Part shown: positions 30,012 through 41,900 of the stretch, piece by piece
How positions within the stretch are numbered: the stretch's first letter is position 1
Layout: every line of letters starts with the position of its first letter
Source of the DNA: a virus
Reading direction: 5' to 3' (one strand)
DNA length: 64,000 bases
Virus record (IMG/VR): IMGVR_UViG_3300046333_000120
Notes under the pieces: model-generated
What the model was told of the DNA's origin: nothing
Seen by the model: the letters and a program-made list of their open reading frames with translations, nothing else
The model's database searches: none
Program-made: the position numbers and the translations under genes

Positions 30012-32774
30012 ATGGCATATAATAAATTAAGATTCTTTGATAGTGAATCAAACGACCTAAACCTTCTATATAATTCAGAAACGAATATATGGGAAGGTAT
30101 TTGTTATTTACCAAAGGTTTCAACAGGTCTTTATGAAACTCTTACAATTTATATATTAGAGGAAGTTCAAGGTCAATTAGGAAATACTAAGTATATTACA
30201 CCAATTGCAGAAAATGCAAATCCTACTTCATTTAAATTTAAATTCTTTAATGGATACGAATTTAGTGAAGATATTTTCATGTATGGGGCTGAAAATATAG
30301 GTGGTAATTTAGAGATTAAAAAAATCGAGGAACAAAACTTTGATTTATTAGATGCAACCTTAAGTATAGGAATAAATTCAGATGGATTTAAAATAATTGG
30401 AGGAAACCTTCCATTATCGCCGATGAAATGTAACATTGCTCTTATGAGTAATATTGACAACTATCATACCAGACTTCTCGATATTACTGAAATTACAGAT
30501 GGAGTTGAAACCCTAGTGGCAACCATCAGAATTTACGGAGAAACTGAAGAAGAAGATGAAAGACTTGCAGTCCTATTATCAAACATAGGAATGACTCTTA
30601 CTCCAGAAGATTATATGATACTTAAAGATGCAGACATTAAGGAGTTATCTCCTGACTGGTTGTTAATGAATCAAAAGCGTAAAGAATTACTTTTACAAGC
30701 AAGTACTATTAAACCGTTTGTAGGAACATATAAGGCTCTATTAAATGCAATAGATTTTTTCGGTTATGACAAAATAACTCTTAAAGAATATTGGTTAAAT
30801 ATCAATGAACAGTCTGAAAATTTTGGAAAATTAAAGGCTGTTGCTATTCCAAATCAAGAGGTTACTGGATTTTTAGCAGATAAAAATAAAGGACATGAAC
30901 TTCCAAGTTCAAATCTTAAAAAGACGAGTAGGTTTTCATTAGTCTATAGATTAAATGAAACAGATGGTGGTGTAGATGAATGGGATATCCCAACAGTTAA
31001 GGAGTCTATTGACTATTCACCTGATGAAGTATTGATTAAATTATATGGATTAAAAAATAAATTACAAAAGACTTTTTTACCTTTACATGCTAAGATAGTA
31101 GATATTACAGGAGAAGGAGATTACTTCTCTCAATTTAATTTAAATACATGGAATAATCAACATTCTATAAAGGTTCAAAACGCAGGAGTCGATGTTACAT
31201 TTCATAGATTACCTGAGAAAAGACAGGTATTTATTGAAGATCTTAGAAAAGTAGATTATAGACTTACAGGAATTGATCAAGATTTTAATTCTTTAGATGA
31301 TACTGATAGAGAAGAAATAGCGCAATCAATTAATAATTTTTATAGTGATTATTATAATAATGATCTATCTACCTTTAATACATTGACTGGTATACCTGTA
31401 GGTTGTCCTATTGTATTAAGTGCAGATTCATTTATACATATGTGGGATTCAGCTGAATTCACATGGATGGATGCAAATGACACAGGTAATCATTTATTGA
31501 CATGGAACAATTGGTGGAAACAGGGAGTCTATGAAATGGAATGGATAGTAAAAGGACCTAATAATTATTTAAAAACATTTAGAGGTGGTGTAGGTTATTG
31601 GGATAATGCTGGAATATTTCATCCAGAGTATCAACAATTTCCATTAGTATTACCATTTGCTGGAATGTATTCAATAGAACTTGCACTATTTGATTTATAT
31701 AATGTAAGAAGTTCATGGAGAGAAGAGAATTATTTTGAAGTAAAAAATAAAAATGTTGAAGTATATGGATTATTTCAAAGAATGCTTCCTAAGTTAAGTT
31801 GGAATCAATATAAATATTCATATGATAATGCAGGTAGTGACTGGGATTGGGCTAGAGAAAATACAGCGAATGTAGATAGTATTATTGCAACATATTATCT
31901 AACACTGGATAGAGCAAATTATGTGCATGACAGCGATGATGGAGAGGAATTCTCAACAGTTAGAAGATACTTAGATAGTACTACTCCAACTGGATTTAAT
32001 GAAACTCCAGGTCCATACCAATGGAAAGAACTAAGAACCCAAGAATGGAATGATGGAGAAGAAATTAATTGGGATATGATGAGAGTAGGTGCCGATATTA
32101 CATCTTCATTTAAATTTGATATTAGACAATCCGGTGGATATTCTAATGGATATGCATTTTTTATAAAACAAGTAGATCCTATTACCAATGCCGAGATAAT
32201 AGATTCGTATGAAATAATATCAACGTATCCTATTGATAAATATGATTTAGTAGCATGGAGTAATATTGCAGATGAACTCTCTGGATTAGATCCAATTGAG
32301 CATCCAATATTAACAAGATTTAATTACAATGCAATATTAAAGGATAATGGCGGTGATGGTATTGAAGATGAATGTACCTATATTTTAGTAGTTGGAGAAG
32401 AACCTTCTAGAACCAATGATTTTGAAATTGCAGGATTTTTAAATTCAAATGGAGGCGCAATCGTTTCTGGATCTGAAGTACATTTTACAAGTTATAATCC
32501 AGATTTTAATGATATATGTATAATTGATACCCATATGGAAGTAAATAGGTTAAACCATGTTACCTTTTCATATGACATTACTAATATGCCTGGTATTATT
32601 TCACAAAAATGGACACTAAAAAACAATAGTGAAAATGTTAATGATATATATTATAGTAATACGTGGCTAACATACCTATTTAAATATAAAGGTGATTACA
32701 CGATAGAACTTGAATTAACTGATGTTAATGGAAATAAAAACAAAATAAATAAAAATATATTAAAAATCATTTAA
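30012..32774 (+). CDS. Baseplate wedge gp7-like protein with PKD-like repeats
   Basis: GTYKALLNAIDFFG; GMYSIEL..FD and GDYTIELELTD motifs; follows gp6-like. Confidence 0.55.
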   Translation: MAYNKLRFFDSESNDLNLLYNSETNIWEGICYLPKVSTGLYETLTIYILEEVQGQLGNTKYITPIAENANPTSFKFKFFNGYEFSEDIFMYGAENIGGNLEIKKIEEQNFDLLDATLSIGINSDGFKIIGGNLPLSPMKCNIALMSNIDNYHTRLLDITEITDGVETLVATIRIYGETEEEDERLAVLLSNIGMTLTPEDYMILKDADIKELSPDWLLMNQKRKELLLQASTIKPFVGTYKALLNAIDFFGYDKITLKEYWLNINEQSENFGKLKAVAIPNQEVTGFLADKNKGHELPSSNLKKTSRFSLVYRLNETDGGVDEWDIPTVKESIDYSPDEVLIKLYGLKNKLQKTFLPLHAKIVDITGEGDYFSQFNLNTWNNQHSIKVQNAGVDVTFHRLPEKRQVFIEDLRKVDYRLTGIDQDFNSLDDTDREEIAQSINNFYSDYYNNDLSTFNTLTGIPVGCPIVLSADSFIHMWDSAEFTWMDANDTGNHLLTWNNWWKQGVYEMEWIVKGPNNYLKTFRGGVGYWDNAGIFHPEYQQFPLVLPFAGMYSIELALFDLYNVRSSWREENYFEVKNKNVEVYGLFQRMLPKLSWNQYKYSYDNAGSDWDWARENTANVDSIIATYYLTLDRANYVHDSDDGEEFSTVRRYLDSTTPTGFNETPGPYQWKELRTQEWNDGEEINWDMMRVGADITSSFKFDIRQSGGYSNGYAFFIKQVDPITNAEIIDSYEIISTYPIDKYDLVAWSNIADELSGLDPIEHPILTRFNYNAILKDNGGDGIEDECTYILVVGEEPSRTNDFEIAGFLNSNGGAIVSGSEVHFTSYNPDFNDICIIDTHMEVNRLNHVTFSYDITNMPGIISQKWTLKNNSENVNDIYYSNTWLTYLFKYKGDYTIELELTDVNGNKNKINKNILKII

Positions 32775-32775
32775 A

Positions 32776-33339
32776 ATGGCAAGTATAACAACTATCTTAG
32801 GAACCGACAGTGTTTCCTCATCAAGAATTGTAATTAACAATAACTTTAGTGCAGTAAATACCCAACTTGGTAACTTTGCATCGGTGTTAAATACAACAAA
32901 TCAAACATTATCATTAACTGGAGAAGTTAAAGGTGGTACTTTTAGAGCAAATAATGGTACAATAGACACATTGGTTGTTTCTACAACTGATATCACTGCA
33001 AATGTTGAATCTATATTTAATAAAAAGGTAACTTTACAAGATGCATTAATTTTAAATTTAGAAGCTGGAATTACTACAATTCCAACGACTGGATATAAAT
33101 CATCTACGTATGTATTGGGTACATTTAGTTCTCCAATTTTACTTCCATCTGCTGAAGATGGTCAATTAATCACATTAATTGCAGGTGGTGGAGTAATAAA
33201 TTTAAATATTAGTAATATCCAAGGTCCTACTGTTGTTCAAATTAAAGCATCTGGATCTATTACATTAGTTTATTCTGCTACAATTACAAAATTCTATGTA
33301 GTTTCAGCAGTAAATGCTACTGTAACATATGCACCTTAA
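32776..33339 (+). CDS. Short fibre/structural protein
   Basis: TTILGTDSVSSSRIVINNNF N-terminus typical of fibre proteins; Thr-rich. Confidence 0.55.
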   Translation: MASITTILGTDSVSSSRIVINNNFSAVNTQLGNFASVLNTTNQTLSLTGEVKGGTFRANNGTIDTLVVSTTDITANVESIFNKKVTLQDALILNLEAGITTIPTTGYKSSTYVLGTFSSPILLPSAEDGQLITLIAGGGVINLNISNIQGPTVVQIKASGSITLVYSATITKFYVVSAVNATVTYAP

Positions 33340-33360
33340 TAAAATATAAACATACAATAA

Positions 33361-35292
33361 ATGGCAACACCATTAATAAGAATACCTCAAGAGCAAGGAG
33401 GAACTATGTATGCATTTTCAGGTGCAGCAAGGGACTTAACACGTGCATATTATAATCCAGATATCAATTTTGAATATTCAAAGTTTGCACTCGTGGATAT
33501 TCCAGTAGTTGCAGCTCCTTCTGATGGTGAAAATTATATCCAATTCGAAAATTTGTTTGAAGGTGGAGCTTCGCCAGCTGCATCATACATTCCTAATGCA
33601 GATGCAAATGTTAGTTTTGCAGAAACATTACAAAACTATGCATTGAATTTTGAAAATTTCATTTTAAGTGATGATGATTTTGATCCTTCAATATATGCAT
33701 CTGACGCTGAGAAAGTTTTCTTTAAATGGCTACATCATTTAGGTGCCTTTGAAGTTAAACCAGCAACTTCACAACAGGTTGTTTCAGGATATTCTAGAGT
33801 AACCGAGAATGAAGATACTACAAATACTGGTAATAATTATAGTAGAGTAGTAAAGTACCTTGGAAACATTGATGTGTCTAATGACAAGAATTATCAAGGA
33901 AATACTTATAATGAAATATTTGTAAATGTTCCATCGTATGCAGGATATAGTCCTGACGTTTTATTTAAATCTTCAAATTACAATACATCTGCATCAAATT
34001 ATTTACCAGATTCAGAAATAAATGGTAGAAATGGACAATCGCATCCTGACATTAATCTAACGTTAGAATCGCTTGCAGATAATGAAAATGGTACTATAGA
34101 TTTAAATCCAGCCACGACATATAATTATGGAATTGAATGGAACTCATCTATATATGCTAAAATAGCAAATGACCCTACTTTAAATAATTTTGGAGATTAT
34201 TCAAAAAGAGGTGGAGATTTTAGATTTAATGCAATTTTAGTTTACTATGATTTGTATTCTAAATCAAATGTAGTAAATAGATCAACAAATCTATATGGTA
34301 TAATAATTTTAGATAATTTTAAAAATGATCCTAATTCAACTGGATGGTATATTCCTGAATTAACAAAATATAAACCGAATGATGTTACTGGGTTAAATGG
34401 TAATGCATTTGCATTAAAGCTTAATGTTAAATTTAATTCTTCATTAGATAATGTTGGAGTTGAGGCTAATATTAATGACTTTACAACATTTTCAATGGAC
34501 ATTTTCTTAGACACAACAACTTCTTTAGAAAATGCTGCTAGATTAATGGTAGAAGCTAATAATAGATATGCAAGTATCGTTGATAGATTAGCAACTGTTG
34601 AAGATTTATTAATGACGTCAGGGGATGCTGCTAATTTATCGATTAGGGTGAATGCACTAGAGAAATCCCTAGAGGATGCCTCTCTTAATTATGCTAATTC
34701 TACATCTATTTTAGATATGATTACCTCAGTTAACTCTAGATTAAACCAGGTAATCAATGGAAAGATACCTACTGAAATACAATATAATACCGATGTTATA
34801 TCAGGTGGAGATGGAATGACAATAGATAAATCGAACCAAACATCTATAAAATTAGTAAATACAAATTATGGATATACATTAAATGATGTATTTGAATATG
34901 ATTTTATTTCTGCAATTACTGGAAATTTAATTGGATCTTCTAATTTATTTAACATGTCATTAACTGCGTCTAAAGGACTTATTACAAGAGTAAGACCTTA
35001 TGAAAATTTAATAAGAATTCATGCTAATACTGTGGTATTATCAGGAGATTTGAATATATACTTAGATGATAGTATTAATACTTGGAAAAAAGGACAAACA
35101 ATTAAGTTCTCTTTCAAGAATTTATTACCAACACTAGGAACCAACAAAATTAACATATATACAGATAAACAAAATGGGTGGCTATTAAAGGCAACATTAG
35201 ATACATCAAATCTATTAAGTCTAAAACCATACGTTGAATTAATATGTGTAGACCAAACAAACAAGACGTTTGAACTTGAAATTATAAGATAA
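33361..35292 (+). CDS. Putative virion structural protein
   Basis: Large ORF in the tail module with a central coiled coil. Confidence 0.55.
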   Translation: MATPLIRIPQEQGGTMYAFSGAARDLTRAYYNPDINFEYSKFALVDIPVVAAPSDGENYIQFENLFEGGASPAASYIPNADANVSFAETLQNYALNFENFILSDDDFDPSIYASDAEKVFFKWLHHLGAFEVKPATSQQVVSGYSRVTENEDTTNTGNNYSRVVKYLGNIDVSNDKNYQGNTYNEIFVNVPSYAGYSPDVLFKSSNYNTSASNYLPDSEINGRNGQSHPDINLTLESLADNENGTIDLNPATTYNYGIEWNSSIYAKIANDPTLNNFGDYSKRGGDFRFNAILVYYDLYSKSNVVNRSTNLYGIIILDNFKNDPNSTGWYIPELTKYKPNDVTGLNGNAFALKLNVKFNSSLDNVGVEANINDFTTFSMDIFLDTTTSLENAARLMVEANNRYASIVDRLATVEDLLMTSGDAANLSIRVNALEKSLEDASLNYANSTSILDMITSVNSRLNQVINGKIPTEIQYNTDVISGGDGMTIDKSNQTSIKLVNTNYGYTLNDVFEYDFISAITGNLIGSSNLFNMSLTASKGLITRVRPYENLIRIHANTVVLSGDLNIYLDDSINTWKKGQTIKFSFKNLLPTLGTNKINIYTDKQNGWLLKATLDTSNLLSLKPYVELICVDQTNKTFELEIIR

Positions 35293-35293
35293 T

Positions 35294-38200
35294 ATGAGCG
35301 CTAGCAATTCAATATCACAATTACTTGAACAGTTTTTGGAGTTAAACACTAACTCATTAGAAACTTTTAATAGAATTAATGAAGCAATAACCACCAATAA
35401 AGAAACGGTGGTTATTGACCTTTATAATAGTAAGACAGGGTCCATGGAGACCATTCAAATTCCAGCATTTGGATATTTGAAAAGAGAAATTGAAAGGTTA
35501 AATAATAATATTAATTCTATCAGTGGTCTTGAAGGATCTGATGCTAATGTAAGATTAAAGGATGGTTCATATAGAACTATTCATACTGCACGATTAAAAG
35601 GACCATCGAAAGATATTACTTCGCTTGCTACTCCAACTACATTTACAACTAAATTAAATGAATTTTTTGAGGATTTTCTTAATCCATTATTAACAATTAA
35701 TCTTGATGTGACTGGTCAAATTCCAGTAGAGACTGAAAAGGTTTATGTTGAACGTTTTATTTTCGATTATGAAGATGCTGCAACTAGCACTGCATTTGAC
35801 GAAATTTATAAAGGTGGAAGTGAAATTGATTATAGCACATTTAAAACGACACTGATAGATAAAGCATATAAGTATTATGTAGATGCTGAAGTATTAGAGA
35901 TGCCAATGCGATTAATACAATATAGTGGAACATTTGATGTTACCAAAATTGATAATGCAGAAAAGAATTATGTAATTGATGGAGTATCTCAAACCAAAAC
36001 AGTAAAATTATATACTGTTAATAAATTAACTTTTACTGATTCTGCAAAGGCGCTTAAAGATACTGAAACTTTAAAGGTTGGTGATTCATTAATTATTAAT
36101 TCAGGCAATTATAGAACAAGATATCAAATAGTTTCCATAGATAATTCAACATCGCAATTAGAACTTTTATTATTGGAAGGCTCAGAGGTTGTAAGACTTG
36201 GAGCAAATCAACTTGGAATCTATAAAGACGTAGATACTAATTTAGATATTGAAGTTAAGGTTGGATATAATGAAAGACAAATTGTCTTTGTAAAAGCAAT
36301 AGATCCTAACTCTAAAATTCCAGCGGAGAACTTTTCTCCTGGTGTTGCATTCTATTCGAATGAATTAGAGATTACAGATACTACCGGAGCTTCAATGACA
36401 TTGGCTCAATATTATAGAGATCAAGTTTCTGATTTTGGACAATTTATTAAATCTTTAAAAGTAGATTATATTCCACCTAGTTCAGTTGGAATAGTTCCTG
36501 ATGCTCCTGTAATTGACACAACAAATTTTAAAGTTGTTCAAATTAATAAGCATCTTACCGATAATACTAATACTAATAAGATTAAACAGTTAAAGTCTGA
36601 TAAAGTCGCAACTGATCAATCCTTAAAGAAATTAGATGAATCGATTAAACAAAAGAAATCTTTAGTAAATACTAAGAAATTTTCTTCAAGTGCAGAAAAA
36701 GATACACATATAAATGAGCTTAGTTCATTAATCTCTCAAAGAGAATCTGAATCAAAATTATTTTCATCTATTGTAACTGAAATTAAATCATCGGCTGAGT
36801 CTGCAGATTTACAAACAGTAGCACCTAAATTTAGAGTTAGAGGATTTTGGTCAATTCCAGATCCAAAGAAAATAGGTAATGAGGTTTCGCAGGAAGTTGT
36901 TCAATTTAAAATTAGATATAGATATGTTTCTACTTCTGGTAAAACAGCAGTAGTAGACCAAATTAAATTTACAGATTCAACAAATCAAACTGAAAAAACT
37001 GCGGCGTTCTCGAACTGGACTGAAGTATTAGGACCAGTTAGAAAAAGACAGATGAATACTGAAGGAAAATACGTATGGATTATAGAAGGAGAAGAAGATG
37101 CTGACGCAGTTAACTTCAACTCATTCGATCTTCCTATCGTTCCTGGTGAAATTGTCGAATTTATGGTTAAATCTATTTCTGAGGCAGGATTTCCAGCAAA
37201 TCCAGTTGAATCAGCATGGTCAGATATTAATAAAATAGAATTTCCTGTTGCTGAAATAAATACAGATGTATTAGGTGATACTATAAAGGCAAATGAAATG
37301 GATGCCTTAAAGGTGTCTATTAAAACAGATTTAGAATCTGCGGGAGTTTATAAGCATGTTGAAGATTCGTTTACCACAGGTGACACAACATATTCACACA
37401 GTGCTAATTCAATTGCTTCTGGGTTTTTAACAGATCAACAAGCTCCAATTTCAGTATATGAAAAGTTATTAGCTCTTCAAAATGAAGTATTGAGTTTACG
37501 TGCAGTTATCGAAAAAACTACAGGAGAATTATTAATAAGAATTATTGATGAAAATGGTAATGTAACGCCAGTAACTAATAATACTACAGTTCAATTGTTT
37601 GCAGGATATTACGTGAATGAAATTCCTACAACAAACGGTAAAGGAGCAATAGTTACTAAAAACTTTAAAATTGAATTATCTAATACTAAAGCCTCTGACC
37701 TTGAATTAATAAGTAGAATAGTTGGTGATATTACACAACCTGCACCTGTTTCTACGAATAACACTCGATTTGGTAGTGGAACTGGAACTCCTGATGTTAT
37801 ATACAATAGTGATTATTATAGACAAGAAGCAAGATATGATTTAGTTCCTGTTGTTTATCAAAATATAAATGGAGCTACTGATGCTATTTATTTCAATAAT
37901 GGACCAGATCAATCTACACAATTAAAGGGACAATTCATTTATTCAAGATTCAGAAATATAGCTAATGATGATAATTTATATGTTATAACAGAGGGAACTA
38001 TCGGAGATATTGATCCTAATTCAGGATATGGGTATGACACGTATGAATATGGTCTTAATTTTAATTATTCAACAGTTCCAACGGTATCAGGTGCAGGAAT
38101 TACAAATTTTGATAATGCTATTATTAGCAATTGGAATCCAGACAATGGTTCTACTGATTTTATATGGTCAGGCGGTTTTTCAGGAACAGTTCCTCAGCGC

Positions 38201-38932
38201 ACTGCAGTATCTACGGTTACTAATGCAAAATATGATGCTGGAATATTTATGCATTCATCACACTCATTATTACAAAATGGTGCTACAACTCCATTGGATA
38301 TTATTAGTAATGGATTAGTTGGCATGCCAAAAACAGCGCCAAGAAGATCTACCGATATGCATGGAATTAAACAAACTCCGCTTAGAATAATAAATACTAT
38401 AACGAATGCAGGTGTATTAGGTCCTAGATCTACTTGTAAAAATGGATTTTCACCAGAAGATCAGTATTTATTAGGAGGAAGATCTTGTGGATCTTTCTTA
38501 TACATGTCACCACTTAATATAAATTCATTAGTGGTTTCTTCTTCTAATAAAAATGGAAAGAAAACAATTCCCGGAGGATCTGCAAATGCAATCACTGTCG
38601 ATTTAATATTTCAATATAGAATGACAGATTATTATGGATCTGGAGATACTGGAACAGGTAGAGTAGGTGGAGTACTTGCAAATACTCTTACCAACTTAAC
38701 GTATTCTAAAAAAATAGGTATAGATATTTTAGATTTTTCAAATACTGATTTCCAATTTGATGTTGAAGTTTATGCGAAATATACCACACAAGGTAAAAAC
38801 ATAAATAATATTACAAGTTCGATGCTAACTAATTATAACACTAATGCAACCGGTGGTTTAAGTGGTGGCAGAAGAAAATATTTAAGCGATAATACTATTA
38901 ATTATTCATTCCCTGAAATAAACCAATGGTAA
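35294..38932 (+). CDS. Large putative virion structural protein
   Basis: 1212 aa; coiled-coil and beta-rich regions. Confidence 0.55.
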   Translation: MSASNSISQLLEQFLELNTNSLETFNRINEAITTNKETVVIDLYNSKTGSMETIQIPAFGYLKREIERLNNNINSISGLEGSDANVRLKDGSYRTIHTARLKGPSKDITSLATPTTFTTKLNEFFEDFLNPLLTINLDVTGQIPVETEKVYVERFIFDYEDAATSTAFDEIYKGGSEIDYSTFKTTLIDKAYKYYVDAEVLEMPMRLIQYSGTFDVTKIDNAEKNYVIDGVSQTKTVKLYTVNKLTFTDSAKALKDTETLKVGDSLIINSGNYRTRYQIVSIDNSTSQLELLLLEGSEVVRLGANQLGIYKDVDTNLDIEVKVGYNERQIVFVKAIDPNSKIPAENFSPGVAFYSNELEITDTTGASMTLAQYYRDQVSDFGQFIKSLKVDYIPPSSVGIVPDAPVIDTTNFKVVQINKHLTDNTNTNKIKQLKSDKVATDQSLKKLDESIKQKKSLVNTKKFSSSAEKDTHINELSSLISQRESESKLFSSIVTEIKSSAESADLQTVAPKFRVRGFWSIPDPKKIGNEVSQEVVQFKIRYRYVSTSGKTAVVDQIKFTDSTNQTEKTAAFSNWTEVLGPVRKRQMNTEGKYVWIIEGEEDADAVNFNSFDLPIVPGEIVEFMVKSISEAGFPANPVESAWSDINKIEFPVAEINTDVLGDTIKANEMDALKVSIKTDLESAGVYKHVEDSFTTGDTTYSHSANSIASGFLTDQQAPISVYEKLLALQNEVLSLRAVIEKTTGELLIRIIDENGNVTPVTNNTTVQLFAGYYVNEIPTTNGKGAIVTKNFKIELSNTKASDLELISRIVGDITQPAPVSTNNTRFGSGTGTPDVIYNSDYYRQEARYDLVPVVYQNINGATDAIYFNNGPDQSTQLKGQFIYSRFRNIANDDNLYVITEGTIGDIDPNSGYGYDTYEYGLNFNYSTVPTVSGAGITNFDNAIISNWNPDNGSTDFIWSGGFSGTVPQRTAVSTVTNAKYDAGIFMHSSHSLLQNGATTPLDIISNGLVGMPKTAPRRSTDMHGIKQTPLRIINTITNAGVLGPRSTCKNGFSPEDQYLLGGRSCGSFLYMSPLNINSLVVSSSNKNGKKTIPGGSANAITVDLIFQYRMTDYYGSGDTGTGRVGGVLANTLTNLTYSKKIGIDILDFSNTDFQFDVEVYAKYTTQGKNINNITSSMLTNYNTNATGGLSGGRRKYLSDNTINYSFPEINQW

Positions 38933-38997
38933 GACATTGTTTAGATTAGTCCCAACTATACAAGGGATATATAATCTAAACAAAAAGAGTCTTATAC

Positions 38998-41900
38998 ATG
39001 GCTAACATTAATACTAATATTGAAAACAGTTCAATAGATGATAAATCATTTGCACTTTTAAGAACAAACCCTAAGTTAACAAGCAATGCAAAATTGCTTG
39101 TTAACGACAATGGTGATTTATTCTTAAGTTCTTTTAGAGCAAATAAGGAACTTTCCAAAATAGAATATCAAAAGTATGCAGTGTCTTCTGATGGAAGATA
39201 TTCAGATGATATTGCTAAGTTTTATAAAGGTCTTCCTTCCACACAAAAATACCAAGTACTTAGATCTAATTCAGACACCACTGTATTTTCTGACTATAAA
39301 TTTCAATATGAAGATCAGTATCAATATGGAGCTATTCATAATATTACTAAATTATATGATGAGCAATATAAGATTTTTGCTCCAATTTGGCTTGATAAAA
39401 AGATTCCAACGAATTTTGTTGTATATCGAATAGAGGACGTTGATTATTCTGTAACATTTGATGAAAATGTACAGGGTCAAAATTCAAGAATAAAGGAATT
39501 ATTAAAAAATGCCACAATAGTAAAAACATTTGATTTAAGTAAAAGTTCAAATATTGGTAAGTATTTGAATAATCATATCAATGATAAGTTATTTCCTGAA
39601 TCAGCCCTTACTATTAATTTTACAGAAGGATCTCAATCTACATTTAATGGAATTGATTTAAATAATGGCGGATTTGTAAGTAGAGCTGAACAATTAGATA
39701 AGTATTATACTCAAATAGATTATCCAGAAATATTTAGTAATGAAATAATAACACAGGGGTTTGAGAGAAATGAAATTGCAATCGCGAATATAATTAATCT
39801 TGAATTTTTATTTGATGATATTAATGCTGATAATTATAAAATATACAGATATTTTGGATTATATACAGATTCATATGAAGAAGGATCTTTTGATAGTGAA
39901 GGAATGAGTTCTTCTGGAGTTATTAATGTAAATTCAACTAGTTATTCAAGTGTTTACGATACAGATCAGTATACAACACCATTGACTATGTTTCCATTAT
40001 CTAGCGAGTTCGATATTCCATGTATAAGATGGGTTAAAGATAAAAATGGTACTTTTTATAATTTAAAGAATGCAGTTAACTCACCATATTATAGATTAAT
40101 GATTTCTCATAATAATGTAAGCGCTGATATGTTTACAGGGTATGCTAAAAATGGTAAAAGTATTATAACATCAACAAATACACCTAATCACAGAGGATTT
40201 ATTAAGTTTACTGTGACAGCGGTACCTAATCAAAACGATAGACTTTTTATATGTGATAAAACTGAACTAGGAATTTCAAAATATAATTTAGGAGATTATA
40301 TTGTTATTGCAGATCCTTCTATTTTACCAGGAAGAGCGAATGGTAATAAATTTTCAAATCAAGGTAGTTTACAACAAATTGCAATGGCAATTTCTGCAGC
40401 AATACGAAATGGAGAAATAGTGACATATGATGTTACGGTCGATGGCACATCTATTATTATTGAAGATTATTCGGCAGGTAATAGAAGAAGACAAAATGCA
40501 TTCGGAATTTATAATTTAAATTTTGTTAATTTTATTACAATTGATTCTGGCGAGTTAAACAATGTTGGTCTAGTAGATTCAATTGTTCCTCCTAGTACAA
40601 ATACAGTATTTAGTCACTGGAAAATATATACAATGATTGGTGGTTCAGATGAGGGACAAGCAGTACTTGTAGATTCAAAGGAAATAGGAAATATAAGTGT
40701 TGGCGAATGGGTAAAACAAAAGGATTCTAATGTATTTGTTCAAATAATTGAAATAGAACAAGATCCATTCGATACTAATTTTTATAGAGTGGTTTTAAAT
40801 ATTCCAGTTAAAGTATCTAACGATAATACCTTTGAAATATATGAACCATACCATGTTTCACATGGTGTATTTGCAGCATACGATTTTAAAGATTTTGATT
40901 TTGATTTTTATTCTACAAAAAATTCTAAACTAGGAGATTTATTATATGATGATAGCATAGTTTCTACATCAACATATGATGGATTAAATGGAGTATTAGG
41001 TGCCGAGACTATATATGAAGATAGTGTGCAACAGATTATAGAAAGTGAATATGATAGACTTAATGAAAATCAATTAAAAGAAACTGCAATATTGAGCAGG
41101 GTTGTTCCTACTATTTGTAAATTTGAATTAAAAGATGCAACTAATGCTAGAAATCTTCCGTATGTATTAAATGTAAATGAAGCATTCGGCGAAGATAATC
41201 TATCACCAAACATTGAAATAGAGTCTGGAAGAAAGGTAGAATATATGAATATGGAACACTTTCATATTAATAAAATACCTACTAGATTATATGGAAATGG
41301 TCAATTAGATTTTAATAATTATTTAAATTTTAACGCCGATGCTGGTTTAACATTAGATAGATTAAAAAATACTAGTTTTAATTATTTTGATGTTCACTTT
41401 AATTGGAATGGATATTATGATTCAGTCGATAATATATGGTATGATAATACTTATAAAAAACTTTGGAGTAAATTTGATATAGGAAATTCCGAAAGAAATT
41501 CTTCTGCAGTATTTAGAGGACTTAGATATTCTTATTTAAAAAGAAAGGAAAATCAAAAAGAAGTACCTACTGAATTTATATCAGATTCAAATGTTAATGA
41601 TTATAAATTTGGTGTAGTATTTAATTATAATAGTGGATCTAACATTGAAACTAATGGGGTAGATTTTAATGTTATTAAAAATGATGTTTTTAAATTTATA
41701 TGTGTTGTAGTTGAAGTTAACATGGTAGAAAACGATGTTGAATATATTGATAGATACCAAATGTATTCTTTAACTGATATCATATTAAATAATCAGGTAT
41801 TAGATACAAATATACCTTTTTTCATTGATTTTGATGGTTCAAATTTTAGTCCTTCTAATCCAGATCAAGAATCAATTTTAGAAGCTTCGCAATTTTCAAT